64,000 nt of DNA from Amphiscolops sp. MND2022 (Eukaryota): contig OZ076409.1 of NCBI GenBank assembly GCA_964187785.1, positions 83,020,001 to 83,084,000 on the forward strand. The letters run 5' to 3'. The notes below the pieces were generated by a model. It was not told the DNA's origin. It worked only from the letters and a program-made list of their open reading frames with translations, and did no database searches. Positions 35,801-48,300 of the stretch are shown here, piece after piece (positions within the stretch are counted from its first letter, which is position 1; every line of letters starts with the position of its first letter). The position numbers were made by a program, and so were the translations under genes.

Positions 35801-36662
35801 AAATATGGTACCATAGTTGCTATGGGGAGATTGTACCCGAAAGGGCTTCGACATGGAAAAGCAGAACTGCTTATTCGGCGTCAACCCCGCGGAATTGGGG
35901 AAATTAACTTTCTTCTATCTCATGGAAGTAGCGTTGTGGAAAATTTGTTTTCCCTTTTTGAAACTTTTTGAACTTGTTTATATACAAAATCTTCCTCAAT
36001 TTTGCAAAATTTGCAACAAAAAAGTCAAGAATACGGAATTGCGGGTTGTTGGACTATTTCAGGGTCATTTTGTGTCATTTTGCCAACGCTAAACTGCAAT
36101 CATCACTGAAACGAAGCGTGCTGGATAACTAGTTTAATCGTTGTTGAAAAGTTTCTACATTATAATCAACAAAATTGCTCCAAAAGTTCAGAAAAAATGA
36201 TCAATAAAACTCGTCAAAACTAGGAAAACATTTAAATTTTTGACCGATTTGGGGACATATTGAGGTGTATATAGGAACAAAGTGCATCTTTCACTTCAAA
36301 ATAGCGTAATTGCTAGTGTTTTTTAGTCGTTGAAATTTAAAATTTTTAGCAGAAAATGTGCAAAAATTGTATGGCAAAATACCAAAACTCGAAAAATTGT
36401 GCCGTGTTTGCCATAGGTTAGGTTCGTTTATGAGGAATTAGAGTCCACCAATAAAGTCCATAAACCTGAACATTTTGATATGGAACAGAACTAAGTTGAC
36501 GTCACCTCGATTTCTTGGTGTGAACCCCTTCAATTTGGATATTGTATGGATTGGGTACATTGCAAATTTTGGAAAACGGACGCGACTGCATAAGTAATTT
36601 TCCTTCCCCAAAAGAAAACATGAGCGGAGAAAGAAAAATAGTTTTGGGTTTATCTTTTGGAT

Positions 36663-36838
36663 ACTGAATAATTCTCAGACTATACAACTTCAAATATTTT
36701 GTTCACAAGTTTTGTTTCGAAACATTCAGCTCTACAAAGGCAAGCCTCCTAGGAGGCTTGCCTTCGTAGAGCTGAATGTTTCGAAACAAAACTTGTGAAC
36801 AAAATATTTGAAGTTGTATAGTCTGAGAATTATTCAGT
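36663..36838. repeat. 176-bp spacer-less palindrome
   Basis: 88-bp arms centred on CCT|AGG (36750/36751) with one mismatch. Confidence 0.97.
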
Positions 36839-38981
36839 GCTCTGAAACGTAACGGAAGCCAGTAGAAGAAATAGGAAGACAAAGAAGGCGAATATAGTAC
36901 TTATAACATTGTTATATTTTCGTTATCCAAAAAACGACATTTGAGCAACGACTACAAACCGACTAATATGGTCTTTTTAGACAGTGCATTATGTACGAAT
37001 TGTGCCCGACTATTACATTGGCTAGTTTCTTCTTTTATTTGCCGCTTACGAAGCACAATATAATTGACCGACCATTACAATAAATACTAAAACAAGACGC
37101 ACGCTGACCAGCGAAATCTTTTCAGCCCCAAAATTTCTAAAACGACATAACTTTGAGGATCAAGAGCAGCCAATGCACTTTCAAAATGCAAAGAAGTTCG
37201 AAGAAAAGAATGTTTTAATTCATACTAGTGTTTTGTAAAAGAAAATAACTAAATTACAAACTCGCAAAGTACAAAGTACCGAAAAGTTTTGTTGTTGAAC
37301 GATGTGTATACCGTACCTAACATACCGAAGTTTTATATTTTTGCACATAATGTCACCAAAAAGGTCAAAATTAGGAAAATTGTGACATTTTCGACACCTT
37401 TGGGATCTTTTTTTATGACTTTTTAAACTATAAATTACATATGTCTCCTCTAAAAAACCTACTGGATACAGAGCCGTTCTTGAATGTTTACACCATTCTA
37501 ATCCACGAAAAAGAGTTATAAATGTTACAGAAAATTGCCTGAAAGCGTCGAAAATTTTCAAGTATTTGGTTCATTCTGAGGTTTCTTCCTTAAATGGAAA
37601 CTGTAAAATATTTTCCATTGGCAGGAGTACTGTATAGCTAGCGAATTCGCTTGGAGCCTATTGAATACTAAATAATTGACAATTGATGCCGCGAAACAAA
37701 TTTTACGTTTTCGAGTGACTTTTTTTAAAAGTTGGCAAATAAATTGTCCGTTATCGATTTGAGTCACTACCGGTAACTACACGTTTCAATCCTGAAACTA
37801 TGGATTTCTAGTTAAAAGAAACAATAGGAAAGGTCTAAATTTCGGAATACAATGAAAATTTTGAGTTTTTTTACACTTTTGTTGCCAAATTTGAGGAACT
37901 TTATCTCACTTTCTTTCCTCAGATGCGTTCTGAACACCCTATCCTTGCAATGGCCAGGTCAATTGATTTTATATTTCACAAATATGTGGATTGAACAAAA
38001 ATTGTGATTGATTAGTCAAAAATTGTGCTTTTCTGTTGTTTTTGGCATTTCAAGGTTTTTACAACCAATTCTAACAAAAATTGATGTTGATTCTCCGATA
38101 ACGCCTACTGGATACTGAGTGCCATATTTGCTGCATTTTATAAACATTTGAATGCAAAGAAGTTGCTCAAAAGGAACCCAAAAAACTGCAGAAATATCAA
38201 ATATTGAAAAAATTAGTTTGGGTCATTTTGAGTCAATTTCTACCAATAAAAAATCATATTTTCCTCTAATAGGCAAATCTAGTTATATCATTGGAGACTG
38301 GTAAGGTCATCAAGAAAATCGCCCAAACCTTATCGATACTACCAAAAACGATAAAGGCTGTACCTTCTCAAAACCGGACATTGCATGTGCAACTAAAGAC
38401 CAAAAGCAGACGTTCGAGAAGACCCAGAGATGAAGAGCGACTCTAACTGACCCGTCTAATTCAAGTGAAACGGAGGATCTAGTTAGGAATAGGAGGATTT
38501 AGACGAAAAGGGGAAAGGTGCAGATCTCAGAGCTGGCGTTCGACTCTGATTAGGAAACACGCCCCTCCACCGTCGAGATGTCATCGGGCACTAAAGAAGC
38601 AGGGGAGAGGGACTTGTAGCGGCGGAGCAGAAGAGTGGGGAAGAACAAGAAAGAAGGGAAGAACATCACCCCAAAGGTGAGCAAATCCAGGTGAAAGCCT
38701 CAACATCGTGGCAAGTGTCGAGGAAAGCACAAATGAGGAATCTCGATAGGAAAAGAGTCCCCACTAAAAGATTTGGGATCGTTGTGATGAGAGTAGACAA
38801 GGATAAGAGACGCGCCATCACTAAAGAGTACAGTGGTAACATTTGACCCAGTCAAAACATTTTAAACATTGTTGTCATTTTATACTTGAAACTAGTTTGT
38901 TAACCAGTAAACATTAAATAAGAGTTTACAAGAGTTTTGTTGTTATATTATCAATGAGTACTGTTATGTGCCTCATAATTT

Positions 38982-39180
38982 AAAAGGGGGAATGTAGTAG
39001 CGATTTGAAAAGAGCATCACTGTTTGTAAATAAGTACTTGTACAGTGCTTAAATCTCAAACTTAACTGAGAGCCAGTTGCGTTAGCTTTCACCAAACAGA
39101 CATAACGATAACCTTTCAATTCATTACCAGTTCACAGTTATCCTCCAATTGCTTTCAATTAATTTCTTGAGGTCCATTCA
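38982..39180 (+). mobile_element. Possible orphan PPT plus short LTR
   Basis: AAAAGGGGGAA followed by TGTAGTAG (38993); possible CA end at 39180; no partner LTR. Confidence 0.35.
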
Positions 39181-39370
39181 CCAGAGACCCAACAGTCCTT
39201 CCTTTTGGGTTTTTCGGCACTGTGCGACTTTTTTCGAAAATTTCTTCAATCGAAGTCCCTTTTATTTTTAGGTATTTTCAGATAATTCGGCAAAAACGTT
39301 GTAGAAACTGTACTACTAAATGTATGTTACGTTGTTTGATGGGGGAAAATCTAGCTATTGTAAAGGGCGT

Positions 39371-42300
39371 CTACATTTGTTGTTTAGAAACGTCAACTAA
39401 TAGTATCCGCAAAATTTTGGACCACCTTGGAATTTCAACACCAATTCTTGGGAAAAGGTTGGCACCTTCTAGGATAGCAGACTTCCGAGAGGAGCTTGAC
39501 CACTCGAAATCATTAAGTATTTCTAGAGGTTCGATAACAATTTGCATATCCTCCATTGTGAAAGAATGACTCATTAACTTCATGAATTTAACCATCTGTC
39601 GTTCCTCGGTCGTCAAATCCGTATCACGAAGAGATCTTTCAATGCATTCGAACTGCTTTCGATTGTTGGTGACCAAAATTCTTTTCAACATCTCTAACCT
39701 GTCTTTTGGGGCTTGCGACATGATTGCAGTTCCAATATAACTGCCGCAACGAAGTCTTTCAAAAATGATGTCATTGGTTTCCGATAAAGACAGAATAGAG
39801 TTGATTTTACTTTCAACACCTTTCTGACATATGACGTAAGCATTCTCAGTGGCTCTGGTGATCGCACAGTGTAACAAAAGAATGCTGGTACTGTTATCAA
39901 GACTAACTGAGTCACCCAAAACGACCATGACATTCTGAAATTCGCTTCCGGTGAATGGGATACTTTCCACGGATTTGGATTCCGAACTCAAATAGTACCT
40001 TGAGCTCTGGTTAAATTTCTGCTCTATGAACTGTATCGTAGGTGAATCAATATCTACAGAAACTACCAAGTTCCGCTTCTCACTATGCAAAATAGATTCC
40101 CCTGACGTCATAAACTTTTCAAAGTTGATGACGTGTATAATATTTTTCGAATTAGCTGGTGCTCCATTGTAGAATGACATGGCCCATGGTAAACTCACTC
40201 GACTGCTTCCGACATTTTCTCGGTCGATGAGCCTGCGCAATTTGGAGGAAACACGGGAAAGAACTTCTGGAGATCGGTATGTCCTTCTAAAGTATACACA
40301 GTGCCACCAGGATCCGTTACTTATCATATATACTCCGTGAGCCGATTTCGAGCTGACGGAGGCGATATAAGTTTTGCATCTCTTCCATTTCAGCTTTGAA
40401 ATTATCCATGTGGTTGACCCGTAAAACTCATCAATCAAGTAAATACATTCAGGAATCAACTCTTCTTTCAACAGTAAATGAAGGGGGCTGATTTGTACCC
40501 ATTCCGGTCGACAATGGTCTGCAACAAACTTTTTCACATCCTTTCTAAACTCTGTTTTCTCCTGTGGAATAAAGAATACAACTTTTCGCAGGTTGTTTTT
40601 TGAAGGCGAAACATGTTTTCCCGTGTACTTGAATAACAGAGCTAACAGAGTCGTTGTTTTCCCGCAGCCAGCTTCGCCTATGAGGAACGTTATGTTTCTT
40701 TGGAGTTTTTCCGCACGTTTGTCCTTTTTTGAGACTTTCTGCTCGCTGGAATTCACAATTCTCAATTGTTCCGGTCCTAAAACCAGCTGTGTCGGGAACC
40801 GAGGTCCCGTTTTTTTCTGAGTCCATCCAACTGAAGGGTACATCGACTTCCGGTCTCTGTCGGACAGTTGACTCACCAACAAACTTTTCTCTACAAATTA
40901 TTGAACAACTCAGCTTAACAAACCAACAAAACTTGAACTTTCAGTGTATGTGTGTTTGATGGAAGTAGTGTTTATGTTAAAACTAGTTTGAAGAAGCCTT
41001 TTGTTTTTAACACTATTCGCCGGGATAGGAGATCAATCACACATTATGGTTTGAAGCTGGAGTATTTGAATTCATTAGAATACTGTAGCGTACTCAATAG
41101 CATCCACAATTTTGAAGCTGCATTAAAATGACCCCATATCATTTCACACAACCCCCATTTCATGAGAAAAAAAAACATTTTACGTCGTCATGAAATTCTG
41201 CATAGACTATGTGCAAGAAACGGAAATGTTAGGCCCAACCAATGAAAACAAATAGAATCATTCGCTTTTGCTTTTTAATTAGAGTTATCGGCGATTAAAT
41301 ACCTAAACTGGAACATTTTCTCAATGACCGTTGAGGTGAAAAAGTTGGATGCAATTTACATTTTAAGGACAAAGTTTTCGATAAACAACTTGGGTCAAAT
41401 TGTGTTTTGTTATTTTATGCTTAGATGTAGAGTAAAAGGCCAGTATGTGATTTTTGGCCAGTATGTAGCTTTTTTTAGATTTTGGCATTATTACAAAAAT
41501 GCCATTCAATATTTGTCCACGTAGCCCAGACAATAGTCAAAACGATTTTTATTACGTTCTAAGACTCGCCGGTCAGCAAAACGACTGACGACAGTGTGTT
41601 GTTTATTGTTTATTTTGCAAATCTGGCGTTTACATACAGTTGAGGTAAGTTTCACATTTGGGTCAAGGGCATTTTGAGATGATAAACTGCAAAGCCAAAC
41701 ATCACAAATTTTAACACATTAAGAACCCACCCAAACGTTTTTATTCGAAGACTACTAATTGCAGAGACATGCAATGTACCCCACGTTTACAAAAACACTT
41801 GGGCTACCTGTTTCTAACGTTGGAACTGCGCCGGGGCACCTCGGTCCGAGCAATTAGCACCGGAGATGCACAAGGTCGACATCCAAACAGCCGCGTCGGT
41901 ACGCTATGAAATAACTATTACATATGGACGTACATTGTGACTCACTCTCCCTCGGAACTGTCTTAGTCTTATGTGTTTAGGTAAATACAAATATGTTTGA
42001 TGCTCTATTCTATGTCAAAATATATAATTAGAAAATTTATTCACATGCGAACTAGAGATGCCATCTCCCAGAAAAGTAAAAGATAACTTTATCGGAAATT
42101 GTTATTTTATTGGCTTGTGGAAAACGAACAAAACATACGAAACACAGGAAAGTATCCGGAACCGAGTTAGAGAGATGAGTGTTGCGCCAGCGAGACACTT
42201 GTTCAAGAGTGATCACGCGCGTCTCGATAGCGATTGTTTGAGCCTGATTCTGACCATGAAAAAAGTGGTTACTTTTTTTGTAACTCGTGGAGCTAGAGTA

Positions 42301-45300
42301 TTGGGATTTTACAATTGCTGGAAGTATGGACCGCAATCTTGGCCACTTTTGTTGTAGTTGATTGATTTTTATAGAGACTGAATTGACTATTTTCAAAAAA
42401 TTTCTTTTATTTTATTGCGCTCTCAATTTTTAGAGTTTTTCATGTTGTGTCAGACAGCAACTTGAAGAGAAAACTAGCAGAGCTAATCAATTCAGCGAAG
42501 GCTTTATCCGTCAAATAAAAATCTTTATTTCAATGTTAGATTGCTGCGAATATCTTTACGCGCATGAAATCTCAATTTTCTACTTTGTATTCACTCATAA
42601 ATTAGCAACACGAACATTGATCTCAGGTTTTCCAAAGCCTCAATTGGCCGAAGTTAACTAGTCTACTGAACAGAAGAGTAATATTAATAAACATCCGTCA
42701 CAAAGGGTATTGTCCATTTTACAAGGAAAGTATGGCTCCAGAAAGCATAATAATTTTGAACCACGAATCGCATTCACCGTGGGGAAACTGTATAGTTTGC
42801 TCTACCTAATGAAAAGCGATTTTTACATACCAGGTTTTGGATTCGGGCTGCTTTTTGGATTGGAAGTCAAAAGGCAGGATGTCACCAAAATGGAAGTTAA
42901 ATACCGGTAATTGTCTTCCCATTCTTGGTCACTTTGAGGTTGATTCAGTGTCTCAAAATGAATGGGTTGACTAAATTCACCGTTGCCACTGTAGAAGTAT
43001 ACCGTTTTCTCAGCAATGGCCTCACTAGGTATGACTCCGAACTGAATGGAGCTGAAAAACAACTCAAGTTTTTGGTGGACTTACTTGTGTTCAAAAACAA
43101 CTTGCTCACAAAAAAACGCTTTTTGAGAATAACAGAGAATACCCTTGTTGAAATTGTTAGAAGATTTGGCATGCACTTTAAAGTTGCCAGTAAATTTTTT
43201 TTGATTATCTAAAACTCTTACCAAAACGTTCATGCAATAATTTTTCCTTGTTGTTTTCATTTGACTTTATGAAGCTGCTTGAAAGTAATCAGTACGTGAA
43301 AAAAAACCGTGATCGTGTCGGTAACAATGTGAAAAATATTTTCTAATTTAACTACAATTCACCAACAATTTGGTGGCAATTTCAAGCTGTGGCGTTTTGC
43401 AGGAATAATTATGCATCATCATATTAGTAAATGCAGGCGAGACGTCATCAATTTTGCCACCAATTAATTGCAAAACAGCCTAAATCATTTTATAAACGAA
43501 AAACTAGCGTTTTGTTCAGCACGCTATTTGAGAAGCGGTGATTAAAAATCATGAGTAAATGAGTGATCAAAACGTGAAAAAAAACGTGATCGTGTCGGTA
43601 ACAAAGTGGAAAATATTTTCAAATTTAACTACAATAGTCTAAACTGCAGTGCAATCCTACAGGATTTACCACCTTTCCTTCAATAGAGTGCCAACAGTCT
43701 CGACTAGTGTAGCTCAAAAAGGGAACTCTTGAGAAGATATATTTTCATATTAATGGGAATTTTCATGTCTTGTTAGTATTTTCATCTCACATATTACCTG
43801 ACTTTTTTGTAACTTCGACATAATTTGTCTTAATACAGATTAAATTGAGGAGAAAGAAATCGAGGTTACAAAAAAATTGAAACGCACTGACTTAGCAACA
43901 TCAAAACGAGAATCATTGCCCGGGTTGACCCTCTTACTAGCATCTTGGCTGTCTTGGCAAGATCTTGCCAAATTCTTACTACATCTTGGCAACCATGGAT
44001 CCCATGGCAAGATTCTTATTAAGATCTTACTAACATAATACTTGTTGACAACCAATGTTTGTCAACAATCGAAAGCGGTCAAATTTAATACGTCTGCGGT
44101 GTACTGAATTGTGTACACGTCAAAACACTTCAATGTCATGCCGCCTTGGCCTAGCGGTATGGTCGGTGCCTGTCAACCATACCGAAGCGGTTCGATCACC
44201 ACGTGCCCACGGGGCTCATTTCGGATGAACTAGTTTTTCGTTTTTGCGTTTCGTTTATTACGTAATATTTTCCTTTGTCCTTTGAAAGTATATCATCCAA
44301 TTAATTAACGTATTTGTTAACATAACATAACAGTCTGCAGTTCCCTTAATTTCACATGTACTATTTGCCGATAACACCGTTCTAAAGCAAGTTGCATATA
44401 ATTCGTCTTGTGTATTGTTACGTTATTGTGTCTTCGGACATTATTGTTTGCCGAAATATCCTGAATCAGAATTCAGACTTAGTTTTTAAAAGCCTTTCAC
44501 TTACCCGGTTCGATTGAGACAGACGAAGTTGAGACATTTTTGGTGCCGCGACCCGGGATTTCGTAATTATCCAACTTTCTGGCTTCTCCTGTGGTTGATG
44601 TGGAACATCGTCTGGCCGTCATCGATGTGGAGCTTCAACCCCGACGCCCTTCTCCGAAATTGAAATAACTCACTTCAACCCTTTCACTCCGAAAGTCACT
44701 TCTTTGCAGATAAGTCCAAACCGAATTCAGGAAAGTTTGAAAAACTTGTGAAAAACTTCAATAATGACATTCAAAATCGAAAACTAAAGAACTCACTCGG
44801 TGCTTAAATTGTTCAAACTCTGTATAGTTAGTGCAATGTAAATCAGCGTCAGAGGACGAAAGAACTTAGGTCGGTCCGGTAGGTTTTCCTTTAAACTTCA
44901 CCTTTTGCTTCATTCCCCTCCGTAAAAATTTATGGTTTTCATACTAGGAGCCAGTTCACTCCATCACGCGTTGGGAAGTTTGTCGAAAAAGGCTCAAAAG
45001 CGTCTTGCTTCCCGAGTGTTTACTACTCCCGGACTTAGCTGCAATCCTAACGCAGTAAACAAGAGAAAAACAGTTCAGTATTTACTCAAAAACTGTTTTA
45101 AAAGCAAACGTGACCTTATTGTTTGGCACGACGTAGTCAACAATTCTTTGAGTGAACACCGTAGCAACGGAAATAATCCCTTAACCGCGCAGCAATTACA
45201 TAACGTCCTCACTACGTTCCGCGATCGAATAAAAGCTGTAGTTTACTGTAAAAGACAAGGTGTGCCTGATATTTTTGAAAACTTAAAGTACACAGTTTTT

Positions 45301-48300
45301 ACAGTTCACATTTTGAAAGACTTGATTTCCAAAAGAAAAGCTCGCGACAGGAAGCTTTTGAAACAATACTCGTTGCTTCATCAACTCCATGAACTAGAGT
45401 TGAAGTCCCTGACTTTGATCTTTAAATACAGTGAAAACCTTCCTGCTCTTGTTCGAAAAAGCCGTCCCAAAAAACTTAATAAACGCCTCCGCCGAGCTAA
45501 GCGGAATCGATTGTTAGTTACGGAGTAAATTTTGTTTGGTGTTCTTCTGTGTCTGAGGTTAACTCCTTAGTTATGGAGGGGTCCTGAGCATTTTTTTATT
45601 CTTTCTGAAGATTTTTTGTTGTTTGTTTTTCAAGCCCCCGTTTCCGCTAAATTTTCGCCCGTTTTCTTAAATTATCTTTGGCTATACTTTGTGCTGGCCC
45701 GTGACCTGGGTTCACTCCTGGGTTATAGGTCGGGTACATCTGTGTGCCTGAGATTCTTTGTACTCACTTGACTATTCCCCTTTCCGCTTTTATAAAATTG
45801 ACATTGCAAATCCTTGCTATTGAATCCCCGCCAATAACTCTACCGCTTCTGGTGTTTGTCGGTGACCTAACCTAATTGTCGGGTTATAGACAAATCACAA
45901 TAAAAGCTCCTTCCTTGCTTTGAGTTTCTCCCGTAGTTTACCGTGCGATCAACCATTTACGTTGATTAAATAATTCAGTGATGTCAGCCGACCCCCTTGA
46001 GAAGGTGTCAAAGCTTTTTGAGGCTAGATCGAAATTAGAAGGACAATTGAAAAAGGCCCAACTTGACATAGAAGAAGCTATCTGGAAACGCGATCGAAAA
46101 GTTAGAGTGGAAAAAGCAGTTGCCACTTGTCATGAATGCTTCGATGCAGCAATCGCGAAAAACGATGAATTGTTACAATTAGCGAAAAAGACTGAGGAGA
46201 AAGAAAAGTTAACGATTGAACTTGTAGACTGGGTGGACGCTGTCACTAGACATAACCACATATACTTGGAAGACGCTCGAAAGTTCTTAGACAGCCCAGA
46301 AGACCCTACTAGTACCGCGAAGGCTAGAGAGCAACTTAGTACCAAGTCAAATAGTACCAGTAAAAGGAATCCATCTACATCCAAATTATCCAGCCAACGC
46401 AAGAAAGACCTAGCGCTTGCTAAGATGCGACGTGAGGAAGCCGAGAGACAATGTGAGGCAGCTCTGCGCCTACAGCAAGTCAAAAATCAGCTGGCTCTAG
46501 AGGAAATAGAAGAAACTAACAGGCAAAAAAATGCGGAAGCCAGGATGTGTGAGGTTGAAATGGAAATAGAAGCTGGGAGCACCCAACCCAGTGAAGTAGC
46601 TAGTCATCGTGACTTTGATGTGGCTCCCGAGGAAGGCCGCACTGAAGAGTGGGTAAACAATACTTCACAATCTGTACATGAACCCACTGCTCAGAACATC
46701 GGGGATGAAAATGATACCCAAGTAACTGGCGATGGAACTGTGGTTACCCAAATAGAACGTCAACCCACATCTGAGGTTGTAACTGACTATGAGTCAGTGT
46801 TGTCGTAAGCTCCCCGTGATCAACAATATCCGGTTTCATCTCGTCTGTCAGTACACTCTGCACCGACCGGTGCGCAGTTGTCGAATGATCCTGCAAAAGA
46901 ATTAGAAGTTTCAGGAACCATTCTTCATGGGCGAAGTCTGCTGCAGGAGACTGGTAGCCTCAATGTGGGCTTTCCACCCGGAATCACTGGTACGATAATT
47001 GCACCTCCTGTTTCTTCAGCTGCACGAGTTATACCAGCTCCTTCTCAGCCAGCAAGCAGACATATTGTTCCGAACTTGTCTTCTTGGACCTTTTCTAAAC
47101 CTCAACCACCAACGTTGCAAGTTTTTTCGACAATGCCAAATAATGCTAAGAGCGTCTCAGCACATGGCGCCGGTGCAGTTCCATATACAAGTGGTGGAAC
47201 AGTGTACTATCTACCCCGGGTACCGAATCCAACGGTTGTACAAGCTAGTGCTCCGTTCCCTCCCAGCACGATTGCCCATCAATCTACCTCAGTTTGCTAT
47301 CCCAGCGTCCAGTCAATTACCTGTATTAATCCTGTAACACTTAAGGATTTGGCAGAGCTTTTAACCATCAGTCGAAAAGATCCACTTCCGGAGTGGAAAC
47401 TCGAGTCCTATGATGGAAATCCTTTGCAGTGGCATGAGTGGTTCGGTCAATTCCGATCAGCCGTTGACTCCGCTCCACTCAGTCCCGATGTGAAGTTAAC
47501 ATACTTGAAAACGCTGGTTACAGGTAAAGCTAAATTAGCCATTGCCAATTTTGCCTACTGTGGGAGCATGTACCCGCAAGCACTAAAAACTTTGGAGCGA
47601 AAATTCGGCCAACCGCAGGCCGTAGTTGGAGCACATTTGGATAGATTGTCTAACTACCTTGCTGTGAAAATGCACAGCTCAGAAACCATAGTCAGCTACG
47701 CTTCTGTCATAACGAGTCTTGTGAGTGTTTTCCAATCCCTTTGTTACGATTCTGATCTAAGAAGCGCATCCTTATTGAATCAAGCTGTGTCCAAGTTACC
47801 TCCTAACTGGAAAGAAGGATGGTCGCTCCATACTCTTAAAAGGGATCTTCTCCGGCCGACATTGCTCGATTTTGATACGTGGCTCCAGGAAAAAGCTGAG
47901 GCTCAAGAGAGAATGCGAGCTATTTCAAAAAAAGCATCTATTGAAGAGTCTCCTCCCATCAGCTTGAAAAAAACTACTTCGAAAGTTTTTGCCGCCAACA
48001 CTGCGCATCAGAAGAGTACTAAGATGGGAGTTGCATCAGAAACAAAGAAAGCGTTCCCTCCTTGTGTTGTCTGAAAAGGAAATCATGGCCTCTGGAAAAG
48101 CACAGTTTTTAAAGAGAAGACGCCGACTCAGCGAGCAGAAGTGCTGGCGGAGAACCAACTGTTTTTCCTGCTTTAATGCTAACCACGGATTCCGCAACTG
48201 TCCGAATCCTAGAAAGTGCACTAAAGACGGTTGCAATAGCAGCCATAATACTTTCTTGCATGGCGCAGACCGCGTGTTCCCCAGCAAACAGCGCAACACG

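Noticed and set aside
38380..38841. Solo LTR (purine-rich segment ending GTGGTAACA)
   Set aside because: No matching opposite terminus or TSD could be fixed.
27399..39371. Direct fusion of the helicase gene to the ankyrin exons
   Set aside because: The helicase exon ends in TAG at 39371 and I found no convincing donor before it; treated as separate genes.
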